Below are positions 12,768 through 24,200 of a stretch of DNA of 64,000 nt, in pieces. The notes under the pieces are model-generated. The model did no database searches, was not told where the DNA came from, and was given only the letters and a program-made list of their open reading frames with translations. A program made the position numbers and the translations under genes. Source of the stretch: Styela clava. Taxonomy: Eukaryota. Numbering within the stretch: position 1 is the stretch's first letter; each line of letters starts with the position of its first letter. The DNA lies in NCBI RefSeq assembly GCF_964204865.1, contig NC_135255.1, positions 21,638,001 to 21,702,000 of the forward strand, read 5' to 3'.

Positions 12768-14126
12768 ATGTTGATAAGGATTTCGTTTAGAGATGGAAAG
12801 CAAATTGATTGGATCGTTGAATCACCGGAGAATGTTACGTTCAGTGATTTTCTTGATGCGATTTATCAAGCCAGTGATGACCAATTGATTGTGTCAGCGT
12901 TTGAGTACGCTGATGAGGAGGAAGATATAATAACGGTGAAAAATCAAGGCGATCTGGACTCAATGATTGAATTTTATCGAAGCCAAGATGAAGAGAGAAT
13001 AACTATTCGTCCAAAACTTTGCAAAAACCCCGGGAATCGTAACAAATTTGGTCTCAAGCTTGAAATTGCGCCGTCAAAACGACTCATCGCGCAGAATGCT
13101 GTTTCCTCGACACAACAATCAACCTCAAATTCTTCAAAATTACAGACCCAATCAAGCGCAACTGCTGCCGAACAAAACTACCAGCAACAATACAGAATTC
13201 CGGAATCAGATACTGAGGGTATAAATGAAAATAAAAAAGAGCTTCATGAAATGGAGGGGCTGTCCAGTCGAGCATTATCTTACGTAGAAACATTGGGAAA
13301 TGGAAACAGCGGAATTGTCTACAAAGTAATTCACAAAGCGTCGAGGATTGTGATGGCTGTTAAGTCTATTGGAATTGATTTAACAGGCGAAGAACAGAAC
13401 CGAATAAAGTCAGAATTGGAAATTTTAAGCCAATGTAATAGTTCCCCGCAGATTATAGACTTTTATGGGGCTTTTTCGCACGAAAATAAAATATTTTTAT
13501 GCACTGAATTCATGGACGGAGGTTCATTGGACCGTTTTGGGAAGATACCAGAAGTTGTTCTAAAGCGTATCGCTCACCGGGTAGTATCGGGGTTAAAATT
13601 TTTATGGGGGAGAAAAATAATGCATAGAGACGTGAAGCCTTCAAATATGTTGGTGAACAGTAACGGACAAGTAAAATTATGCGATTTTGGCGTCAGCCGT
13701 CAGCTTGTGAACTCAATTGCTAAAACTTATATCGGTACGAACGCCTACATGGCTCCCGAAAGGGTCGAAGGTTTTGATTATACTTTTTACTCGGACATTT
13801 GGAGCTTAGGGTTATCCATATGTGAAATGGCAACAGGGGAATACCCCTACCCAGAATTAGCTATGAAAATTCGCAGCTCAGGAGGGGTGGTACCAATGGA
13901 AATTTTACAATGTATCGTAAACGCAGCCCCACCACAATTACCAACGGACAAATTTTCTTCTCAAATTGTCGACTTCGTTAACGGCTGTCTACAAAAAGAA
14001 GCGAAATCTCGCCCGTCTCCTGATGTTTTGTCCCAACATTCATTTCTTCAAATCAGTCAAATTCTCGACCACGAAGATCAAGTCATTGCCAATTGGGTTG
14101 AGCAGAATAAAGCAAAATCAAAGTAA
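12768..14126 (+). CDS. MAP2K5: Dual-specificity MAP kinase kinase 5 (MEK5), PB1 plus kinase domain, single-exon CDS
   Basis: N-terminal PB1 acidic motif (FEYADEEEDIITV), GNGNSG P-loop, HRDVKPSN, DFG and the activation loop SIAKTYIGTNAYMAPER characteristic of MEK5. First in-frame ATG is at 12768 (the ORF track starts at a TTG). Acceptor ends at 12730. Confidence 0.95.
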   Translation: MLIRISFRDGKQIDWIVESPENVTFSDFLDAIYQASDDQLIVSAFEYADEEEDIITVKNQGDLDSMIEFYRSQDEERITIRPKLCKNPGNRNKFGLKLEIAPSKRLIAQNAVSSTQQSTSNSSKLQTQSSATAAEQNYQQQYRIPESDTEGINENKKELHEMEGLSSRALSYVETLGNGNSGIVYKVIHKASRIVMAVKSIGIDLTGEEQNRIKSELEILSQCNSSPQIIDFYGAFSHENKIFLCTEFMDGGSLDRFGKIPEVVLKRIAHRVVSGLKFLWGRKIMHRDVKPSNMLVNSNGQVKLCDFGVSRQLVNSIAKTYIGTNAYMAPERVEGFDYTFYSDIWSLGLSICEMATGEYPYPELAMKIRSSGGVVPMEILQCIVNAAPPQLPTDKFSSQIVDFVNGCLQKEAKSRPSPDVLSQHSFLQISQILDHEDQVIANWVEQNKAKSK

Positions 14127-16081
14127 AGTTGCACGATGATATTTTTTTTACTAGTTTTCTCTGGATTACCTTAAATATGATTTTAATTTGTTTCTCATTT
14201 TTTATAATTTTGGTATAAAGTAGGATTTATGTTCAAAGCTGTCATGATCGGCAATTCTCAACTATTCTTTCTGCGGCGGTTTGAACCCTGGCTCTGTTGC
14301 TAAAAAGAACCACTGGTCAGGATATTTTGATTAAAAAAAAAACAAAGGCCTTTTTCAAAATTCAGAAAATCAGAATTATTTTTTTTTGCTATTTTTGCTC
14401 ATTAGGTTTTGGCATTTGTTGTCGCTCATAATTTTGCTCAGATATGAGTCATTTTTCCTACCGAGTGAGCGTACATCACAACGAGCAAATTCTCTCAAGA
14501 TTATTATTTTATCAGAGTTCTTAAAAAATTTTTACTCAGAGTCTCTTCATGATTATGCAAATTTCATAAAGTAAAATTAGCTTGTTTTAGCCTCCTAATT
14601 TTCTTCGACTTTTTTTTTCTCTTAGACTAGGTTTGAAGGCGGGACGATAACCTAACTTACCCTGATCTGATCTAATATAAGTCATTTTCCCCACTAATTT
14701 TCTGATTTATTTTCTTAGATAAGGTTGAAAAGTGGTTCTCAACCTTTTTTTGTGGCCCATTTTCTTTGCCTAAAATTCGATGACAGCACATTTGAACCCA
14801 TACATTTTCATCCGCGGCAGGTTCAATCTATATGCGGGTGCTAAAACCCATGGGTTAGGGTTAGTATGGGTTCAAATATCCATAAAACGAAAAATATTTC
14901 CATAGGTGCAATAGTATGCAGGTGCAATTGTCGTGGGTTCAAATTATGGGTTCAAATTATGGGTTCAAATATAGGGAAACCTAAAATTCATGTGGTCCAT
15001 CAACTTTTTATTGCAAATGAAAAACTACGAGAATAAAACGAATTTTTTTTGCAAAAATGGATAATTTCAATTTAATAATTAGAATGACATATACCATTCA
15101 GTAGCAGAAAACAGCACGATCAATCATTGGTACTACAATTAAAATTAACAATAGTGACACAAATCAGATTATCAATTTTTGGTTGTTTTGTGGCCTAACT
15201 CGAAATCTTTCTGCGGCCAAGGAGTGGGCCATAGCTCATTGGTTGAGAAATGGGGACCTAACATAAGACAGACATTAGACACTATTTTATTTTCTGATCT
15301 GTTTTTTGGGCTCTGTTCAGTAGTAGTAGAATGACATGACAGTTTCAGGTTAGGATAAGTTAGGTTATCACCTCGCATACTAAGTCATCATATATGCACT
15401 TGCTGTATATTTGCTATACAATCACTTTTTCTATATTTTCGTTTGTTTTTTTGCTCTGAATCCCCCCACAGAATTCGAACGTTCGAATCAAGCAGGGTAA
15501 TCAGAGATGCGCCGGCAAGCGTATCCCTAACACTCAACACGATGCGCCACACCGTCAAGCTCAACTAATCACCGCCGATAATTTATTCCATCTCTCCCCC
15601 TCTTTAGTAACTTGACAGATTTGAAATTATCAAAATAAACACTATGAATGAATTTTGGACAACAATTATAATTTTTTTGTAATATATTTTAAAGTGTTTG
15701 AGTTGCAGCTTAGATTATAGTGCCCTTTTATGAATTCAATTTTTAATATTTTACCCTAATTTAAATAATGTATTTTTTAATTTTATTTTCGTTGTCATAT
15801 GCGAATAGGAAAGTATACAATGATATTAAAATTTATTATTGTTCTAAAAATTATGTTCAGAATTACTTTTTCATTTTAATGCTTTATTAATGAATTTATT
15901 TTGCCTTAAAATATGCTAGGTCATGTTCTAGAATGATGTATAAAATTACTTTCAATTTGAATGATTTTATTTTGCCTTAAAACATTGTATGCCAAATTCA
16001 ACTTATAAAATTTAAAGTTGATCATTTCATATAAAATATGGCAAATTTTTCGCAGTAAAAGTAGAAGTCAAATCAAAAATT

Positions 16082-16317
16082 GGGGGCTCCCGAAGTATGC
16101 GAACCAAGATGGCGGACATCGGAATGTAATATGTGTACTAGGTTAGGGTTAGGCCATAATTTTAGGTATAAATACTACGGGAGGCTCTTGGCTAGTCTTC
16201 GAACTGATAATAGGACTAAAATAAGCAAAATTGGAAAAAACTATCGACTAACCCTAACCTGTTACCCATGTTACGTTCCGATGTCCGTCATCTTGGTTCG
16301 CATACTTCGGGAGCACC
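16082..16317. mobile_element. MITE with ~70-bp TIRs containing GGTTAGGGTTAGG
   Basis: Long TIR GCTCCCGAAGTATGCGAACCAAGATGGCGGAC. Near-identical copy at 20080-20315. Diverged relatives at ~12460-12660, 22240-22466, 25953-26180, 30812-31012, 36990-37100, 47774-47880, 48430-48640, 48773-48882 and 59030-59220. Confidence 0.85.
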
Positions 16318-16622
16318 AAAAATTGTTTTGTTGAGTAGTTTTTCTTATGATTTTGACATGCCAAATTTTATTTTAACAATGATTTGTGGTTGATTAGAGT
16401 AGCATTCAATCCAGTGGTTTCCAAACCGCAGCACACGGGCCAATTACAGTCCACAGAACGATTTAAATTGTCCGTGGATCTTAAGTGATACAGTTTAACA
16501 ATTATTGCTTCTGCTTTTTTGTGTTCTAAATACCGCTGTTTTTTTAGGTGATTATCACAGTTTTAACAATCCAAATATACCGGTATCTTAATTATGAGTA
16601 CAGTATTAGGATTACATTACAT

Positions 16623-16925
16623 CAGGGGTGGGCAACATACGGCCCGCAACGAAATTTTGACCGGCTCGCTGACTGTGCATCAGTACACTATGATATTACA
16701 TTATTACACTTTTGGTACATTATGATAAATTCATTATGTGTTGTTTGGTCTTTATTTTTTTTGTAGTTTAAACTTTACTTTAAACGCGTTTTATAATTTT
16801 CTTTCTTGCATTAGCGAATAAATATGTGATTAAGATATTGAATCCTATTCATGTTATAATCCGGCCCGCCGAGAACTTCATTTTCCCACATTTGTCCCGC
16901 CGACTAGAGAAATTGCCTACCCCTG
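16623..16925. mobile_element. hAT MITE nested in an older MITE (~16412-17005) of the same family as 9472-9928
   Basis: CAGGGGTGGGCAA...TTGCCTACCCCTG with perfect TSD CATTACAT. Confidence 0.8.
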
Positions 16926-18007
16926 CATTACATTGTATCCTTACTCGCGAATGTCCTCCCACTTCTATTTTTGGTCTCCGGTCAATCAGCTTCGGGGGCC
17001 ACTGGTTAATTTCACTACTATTCCGCTTACTAGGAGAAAAGATATGGGTTATTTCTCCTTACCACTGTGTTAGTAGATTAACTGCTAATATAGTGTAACA
17101 AGAATTAAAACAACTTTATTGAACTGTACTTTGAACCAGGGTGGTGGGATTGGGGTCACTGGGGTATGACCGAGGTAGTATTTCAAGTGACCCAACCCAA
17201 TATTGGGATTCAAAATCGAAAATTCAAAATTCTTGAAGCTAAGTTTATCGGCCGTTCTTAAAGAAGTTCGTCGAAGAAGGCTTATACATCTCAAAATTTT
17301 TATCAATATTTAATTTTCTTAGTGTTTTGAGTTGAGGGGTATATTCAATTGGCTAACACAGACAGTTCCCGAACTAAAATAAGGAAAATCAGAATAAATT
17401 TATGGCTTAACTCTAACCTGGTACACATACTACGGGAGTACCCTATGTTTAATAAAAGTGCGACCTGTGGTTTCGCCCATGGAGTTGGTCTCAAAATTTC
17501 GTTACAATCTGTGCCACAGAATCAAAGTCAATTGAATTTTTTTTTTGAATCCGCAGCTTTTCTCTGGACCACTCAATTAGAAAATTCAATTCCGTAATGT
17601 TTAATATTATAGAATTAAGTGATTTGATGAAAAAAATGATTAGATCAACAAAATTAAACAAAAATCTCCAGGCTTTAAGCCCTGGTGCATAACAATATTG
17701 TTTTCTCATGCTCTCATTATTAAACAGGGTTGAAACAAGTGTTATTGTCTAGCAGCATTATTATGCCTTAATTTAGATTGAGATTATGCTGCCAATTTTT
17801 GTATTTTCGATTCCATGCAGATTAAATGTTACTATATATATAACTATACCTAATTTTTTATTATTTTAAAAATATTGTTATTAAATATCACTGTATATTT
17901 GAATTATAGGTCTTTTAATTAATTAATTAGCAAAATAAGTGTCCGCATACACTCAATTTAAATACGAAAAATTTGGGGAGTAAAGAAATTCGTCAACGTG
18001 ACTAAAA

Positions 18008-19528
18008 ATGGATTCTGATGATGAAAATGAGATTTTTTACGAATGCACTGATGATTTTTTGAAGTTGGATTCATCGGAGAACAGCAAGTTGAAGAATGAA
18101 AACCAAAATAAACAAGATGAGGGACAATTAATGTCTGATTTGAATCAAAAATATAAAGTGAAACATGATTCAGTTATTGATTCAAATTCTGAAGTATTGA
18201 AAAAGGATTCTGAAGTTTCAAATGTACATGGGGTGCTCAAAGAAGACGCTTTCCCAAGAGAGACACCTAGTGTTTCAAAAAGTGGATCCAGTGACTCGAA
18301 TATGACAGAAAATGATTCAGGAAAGATAATTGATTCTGATGAAAGTGTTATAAGCCAAACAACATCAGTAAATGGTCCACGAACTTCAAATCCTGGCGAA
18401 GATATTGGATTTGAAAATGGAGACAATACACATAGTGGCGCTGTTGAGTCAAAAAAATTAGATGGTGAAGCTCCTGGAGATATTTCTAAGGAACAAGATT
18501 CGCTTGGAGCTGGTAAACGAAAGGAAGGTGGAAATCTAGAAAAAGGGGGGGAGGGAGCATTTAGTAGTAAGGGAGGAGATATAAATTCTATGGAAAAAGA
18601 TAAAAAAGTGGTGGAAGGAGATGTAAATTCTCTGGAAAATGATGAAAAAGTAGTGCAAGGAGTATCTGGTAGTGAAGATGATGGAAAACCTGCGGAAAAT
18701 ATTGAAAAAGTGGTGGAAGGAGACGTAAATTCTTTGGAAAATGATGAAAAAGTGGTGCAAGGAGTATCTGGTAGTGAAAATGACAGAAAACCTGCGGAAA
18801 ATCTTGAAAAAGTGGTGGAAGGAGACATAAATTCTTCGAAAAATGATGAAAATGTGGTGCAAGGAGCATGTGGTGTTGCGGACTCGGACGATGAAAGTTC
18901 TGAAGACGAGTCATCACTAACTGAAGAAGAATTGAATGAAAGGAAATTGGAAGCGAAGAAGCTGAAAGATGAAGGAAATGAATTTTACAAGAATGGGGAT
19001 TCTAACGAAGCAGAAAGACTTTACACGGAAGCAATGAAAATTTGTCCTAAACGTTTCGAAAAAGAACGCTCTGTAATGTTTTCGAATCGTTCCGCTTGCC
19101 TGGTTAAATTAGAAAAAACTGAACTTGCTATAGCCGATTGTTCAAAAGCTATCGAACTTCATTCTACTTATGTTAAAGCGATTTTAAGACGAGCGCAACT
19201 TTACGAAAAACTTGAAAAATATGAAGAAGCATTAAAAGATTACGAAAGACTTTTAGAGATTGACCCTTCGTTGCATTCCGCTCGTTCAGCTTGCTTACGA
19301 ATTCCTGGCGAGATAGAAAAACGAAACGAAAAACTAAAAGCACAAATGATGTCTAGTTTAAAAGATTTAGGAAACATGTTTTTACGTCCGTTTGGACTTT
19401 CGACAAATAATTTTCAACTACAGCAAGACCCAGGTACAGGCTCCTATAATATTCAATTTAATAATGGTCCTGAGGGAGGAAATAATAATAATGGACCGTC
19501 TAATGGGCCTAATAATAATAATACATGA
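18008..19528 (+). CDS. TTC1: Tetratricopeptide repeat protein 1 with a long acidic, repeat-containing N-terminus, single-exon CDS
   Basis: Three TPRs (LKDEGNEFYK, FSNRSACL, YVKAILRRAQLYE) plus the TTC1-type C-terminus LKDLGNMFLRPFGLSTNNFQLQQDPGTGSYNIQF. Acceptor ends at 17909; AATAAA at 19611. Confidence 0.92.
   Translation: MDSDDENEIFYECTDDFLKLDSSENSKLKNENQNKQDEGQLMSDLNQKYKVKHDSVIDSNSEVLKKDSEVSNVHGVLKEDAFPRETPSVSKSGSSDSNMTENDSGKIIDSDESVISQTTSVNGPRTSNPGEDIGFENGDNTHSGAVESKKLDGEAPGDISKEQDSLGAGKRKEGGNLEKGGEGAFSSKGGDINSMEKDKKVVEGDVNSLENDEKVVQGVSGSEDDGKPAENIEKVVEGDVNSLENDEKVVQGVSGSENDRKPAENLEKVVEGDINSSKNDENVVQGACGVADSDDESSEDESSLTEEELNERKLEAKKLKDEGNEFYKNGDSNEAERLYTEAMKICPKRFEKERSVMFSNRSACLVKLEKTELAIADCSKAIELHSTYVKAILRRAQLYEKLEKYEEALKDYERLLEIDPSLHSARSACLRIPGEIEKRNEKLKAQMMSSLKDLGNMFLRPFGLSTNNFQLQQDPGTGSYNIQFNNGPEGGNNNNGPSNGPNNNNT
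18605..18866 (+). repeat. 102-bp (34-aa) coding tandem repeat in TTC1, ~2.6 copies
   Basis: KVVEGDVNSLENDEKVVQGVSGSEDDGKPAENIE unit starts at 18605, 18707 and 18809. Confidence 0.9.
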
Positions 19529-20079
19529 TAATACTCGTTCGATTTTGTTTCATGTCATTTATCTGAACAAGGATCTATAGCAGCGGTTCATAACCTGCTG
19601 CGGCCATATCAATAAATAATCATGACGTCAGGTTTTCAAATTAACAGAAATATTCCATATTATTGTGTCATGTTGGAACCTTATTTTATTCACTTGTACA
19701 ATTTTTATCATTTTATTTTGGGAATGCTTTGCCCAATGCTGTGTAAAGGCGACTTAAATTTTTTAAAAAACAAATTTTTTGAAATCTCGCGACCTAAGGA
19801 TAAGCTCAAATAGTAGGCGGTATGTAATGCTTATGCCTTCAATGTTCACAAAATTAGCTGACTGACTGAAGTTTTTATCACAGGAGACAGAAAATATCAA
19901 ATTGATTAACTGTTTTCGGGTCTTAGTATTCCTCCATCACAGTCAGAAGATTTGTTTGCAGATTTACTTCTTTGAATTATCTTATGCATCTTGCTGCTAT
20001 GATTGCATATTACCACATTTTTTTGATAAAAGTGAACGAAGTGAATGAAATTTTCCTGGGGTTAGGGTATAAATTTCTT

Positions 20080-20315
20080 GGGGCTCCCGAAGTATGCGAA
20101 CCAAGATGGCGGACATCGGAATGTAATATGTGTACTAGGTTAGGGTTAGGCCATAATTTTAGGTATAAATACTACGGGAGGCTCTTGGCTAGTCTTCGAA
20201 CTGATAATAGGACTAAAATAAGGAAAATTGGAAAAAAATTATCGCCTAACCCTAACCTGTTACCCATGTTACGTTCCGATGTCCGCCATCTTGGTTCGCA
20301 TACTTCGGGAGCACC
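20080..20315. mobile_element. TTAGGG-containing MITE, near-identical to 16082-16317
   Basis: Only a handful of substitutions relative to the upstream copy, in the same orientation. Confidence 0.85.
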
Positions 20316-21288
20316 AATTTCTTTTTATGATACTTCCCACATGTACGATTGCTATTGACCAACTCTTCAATACAAATATGAAATAAACAAGAGAGCTATG
20401 CTCAAATATATGGACACGTAGCGCCACCCAGTGGCAATAATTTTGATGACGTCATAGCGAAAAAAAAAGTAATAGCCTTCTGGAGAAAAATTTTATCTTT
20501 AACCACTGAAAATATCAAAGCAATTGGTCCAGTATTCGAAGAGAAAAGCGATTTTTTAAAAATGGATTTTGATTAATTTATAATCGTGTAGTACATTATA
20601 AAAAAACTTGAGAAATACTGGTTTAATGTTGGATATAAAGCAAACAATAACTTTAAAACCTTGTTTACCTAATTTATGTCATTAATGATGCATTGTATTT
20701 TTTTTACACTTGTATTTATTTTGTTCATCACTTAGTTAGTTACCAAATGTAAGGCTCAAGATAAGACATGATTTTCCATATTCAACTTAGCCGGAATCGT
20801 AATTTTATACTTCATAGTGATATAAAATAGACTTAAGGTATTTTAATAAAGATTCAAAGGGCAACAAGTTTGCTTAGCACTCTATTAAATAGAAGGATTA
20901 CATATTCTAAAATTTTTTATTTCTCAAGTTATGCATCTGAAACAACGAACTGGCTTCATGCCCGATATGCGCTGGTACTGAATATGAGTGAGCTGTCTTA
21001 TATCTTATCACTTTCCTCTTCCCGGGATAAATATATAAATCCTATCCTACTTTGATATTCTTATTTGATATCCTTAGTGTTTGAATCTGGAGTCTAGATT
21101 CTCCATTACCAGTCAAATTTCTTTTTATTGATAAATAAAACCCTTAATAAATATTTTTATTGTTACCGAATATTCATGCAACCATATTCTTCTAATGCTT
21201 GTCTAAATATGCCACATTTTCCTAGATTTACTCTTAACCACTTCCTACTTCCCCAACCTCTCCCTAATTAACCTTTGACCTATAGAAT

Positions 21289-24200
21289 ATGGCTCCCTCT
21301 ACAAACCAAACTCCTGCCTATGTTATTAAGCTAGTGGTACTTGTACTAATGTCAGCAACTACGACTGCATATTTGATTCTGCTGCGTTGGACGAGGGTGG
21401 TTGCTACAGATAAATACATCACAACAATTGCTGTAGCGTTACAGGTGAGCAGCTGCCCTTGTATTATTCTATTTTCAAGCGTGTTTCCAACTATCAGCTT
21501 TGCATAAGGAGTTTTTTGAGTGCTTTCACTGAGCAATAGTCAAATTTTCGAACTCCCTAGAATCAAAATTTAGAATTATCTGGAATTAGAAATGCAAACT
21601 TTTACTGGTGATAAAATAAGTCAAAATATTATAAAAATCTCAAAAAGGATTAACTGAAGCAAAAAAAAACATAACCACTCATTTATTTTGCAGGAAGTAA
21701 TCAAGTTCTTCATGGCGTTAGTTGTCCTGATCTGGCAGAACAGAAGCATTGTGGGCGCCGTGAGAATGATAAAATCTGAGGCGATTGACAAGCCGTACGA
21801 TACATTAAAGATGGCAGTTCCCTCGTTTGTTTACGCTTTACAGAATAATATGATGTACATTGCACTGAGTAATTTGGATGTGCCTATTCAACAAGTAGGT
21901 AATTTTAAATAGATCGGAAGGCATTTTAAAGCAGTGGTTTTCGAACTTTTTAAGCCACGCCCCCTTTTCAGAATTTATCAAGTCTTGCACCCAACTTCAG
22001 AAATATCTAGCTGACAATAAGCTACGAATAACAGATAGTAAGACAAAAGTATGTTTTATTTTAAACAACATGTTGAAAATATGTGGGTGGAACATAAATA
22101 TCCAAAATAAGTCGTCAGGATCAATTCTAACAAATATTTTCATTTTTAATTAATTTCACGCCCCCTCCAAAATTGTTTTCACCCTCCTTGTGCGGTGCAC
22201 TCCACTGTTTGAGAAACACTGGCGTAAAGCCTATTTTGGGGTACTTGTGTAGTATGTGAACCAAGATGGCGGACACCAAAACGTAGTATGTGTACCATGT
22301 TAGGGTTAGGTCATAATTTTAGGTACAAATATTACGGGAGTCACTTGGCTAGTCTCCGTACCCGTAATAGGACTAAAATCGGAATAAACTTATTTCCTAA
22401 ACCTAACCTGGTACACATACTACGCTCCGGTGTCCGCCATCTTGGTTCACATACTACGGGAGCGCTTATTTTGAAGCTCATCAATCCCTCTTGCTATGCT
22501 TAAGACCTCAGTTTCCAGTTGTATTTCCGTATTTGTGGATCACCATACGCAACGCTCACTCTGTTTTTTATTAATAGTTTCACAGTTCTGATAGTTTATA
22601 AAGTTCTGATAGTTTATAATATGTGCATAAAGATGTAACAAACACTGAATACCCTACATTTCTTCTTGCATAATACACATGTGGTTTTTAGAACATCTAC
22701 CACTAGAATTTTTCAATTCCCATGCATTTTACACATATCTGGTTTCCGTTTCTATCTTGCATTGTGTGTGTTTTTTCGTGGAAACGTTCCATGTTTTCTT
22801 TCTGCCTTTTGTTATTATATTGTAATAATATACTGTTTTATATATTTGCCACGTAACGGTCTGCCAATTATGTTGTGATGTTATTTGACATTGAATAAGG
22901 ATTTAATATTTTTTCGATATTCTTTATTTTAATAATGCATAATACGCACCTTCTCATTGTGAGGACAGATTTTAATTATGCAAGTGCGTGTTTACGTGAA
23001 GAAGTACAGTTACTAAAGAATATTACTTGAATTGAACAATGTGAAACTTTCCTTCCTCATTCATAGCAAAAAAATTACTGTTTTCTTCACTTTTCATAGA
23101 TCCTCTATCAACTTAAAATTCCGGCCACAGCTCTGTGTTCAGTTTTCATCCTCAGGAGATCTCTGTCGTATCAACAATGGGCGGCTTGTTTTATGGTATT
23201 TGCAGGTGAGTTTGATTGTGTAATAATGCAGGGTTTCCCAAACTTGGGTCTGTGAATCCCTGGGGGTCTTATGAAAAGAGTCTGATCGATCTTTACTGAT
23301 TGATTTCAATCAAAAATCCATTGCATCTTTTTGGTTGAGCATTGTGAACGAATATCCTTTTCTGTCAAATAAGGCAATTAAAATTTTATTGCCTTTTGCG
23401 AAAACATTCATGTGTGAGACAGCATTTTTATTTTTACCAATATGATGACAAAATACAGGTCATTACTGTCCGTAGATTTTTCGTTAATTAGATTTTTTGT
23501 AGATTTTTCGTTAATTCCTTCACTTATTTAAAAACTATTTATGCGTAAAAACTTCGGTACTTTATTTGTTCGATCTGCAATGGATCCCTAATTAGTGTTA
23601 TGCGCAAGTCGCACTTCTGCGTTTTTACAGTTTTAGTGGCATAAGGTGTGCTTAACAATAAATATCTAAAAATATTAGTAATAATACAGTAAATACAAAG
23701 TACCCCCCCAAGTCGACAAAATTACTTTTGGGGGAGTACTTCCTCCAACGTTGGGAAACATGGGTCTAAGAATGACATGGGCAAACCATGGCTGCGGGCC
23801 AAATACAGCTTATTAGGTAATTCAACCTGGCCCGCTTGATACTGCCACAATCAAACTAAAAACAAATTTCAATTTTTTTAGCTAAAATAGCTCAAGGAAT
23901 TTGTTGAGGTTGCGATTAAATTTAGTTTTGGCACGAGGCTCTAGGTAGCCAACATTTTTCATGGTATTCGTACCAAGATGGCACACAACCTACTAATCCT
24001 AACCTGGTACACATACTATTTCGGCTCCTGTTCTAAAAACTTTGCCCACCCCTGGTCTGAGGTGAAGAAATCATCATCGAAATCCTAAAAATCCATTTTT
24101 CAGGTCTAGCCATGGTAGAATACAATCCAGAAGGGCCATATAAGTCACCTCAGACAACAGCATCGGATCAGAATGTTTTTATCGGAATCAGTGCTGTTAT

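Noticed and set aside
16130-16260. Interstitial telomere or chromosome fusion site
   Set aside because: Only about two TTAGGG units per arm, always inside dispersed MITE TIRs.
18145-18917. Three antisense ORFs (227, 108 and 109 aa) over TTC1
   Set aside because: Shadow ORFs of a purine-rich coding repeat, with no recognisable domain.
19972-20358. Repeated short ORFs containing MCTRLGLGHNF
   Set aside because: Translations of the TTAGGG MITE, not a protein family.
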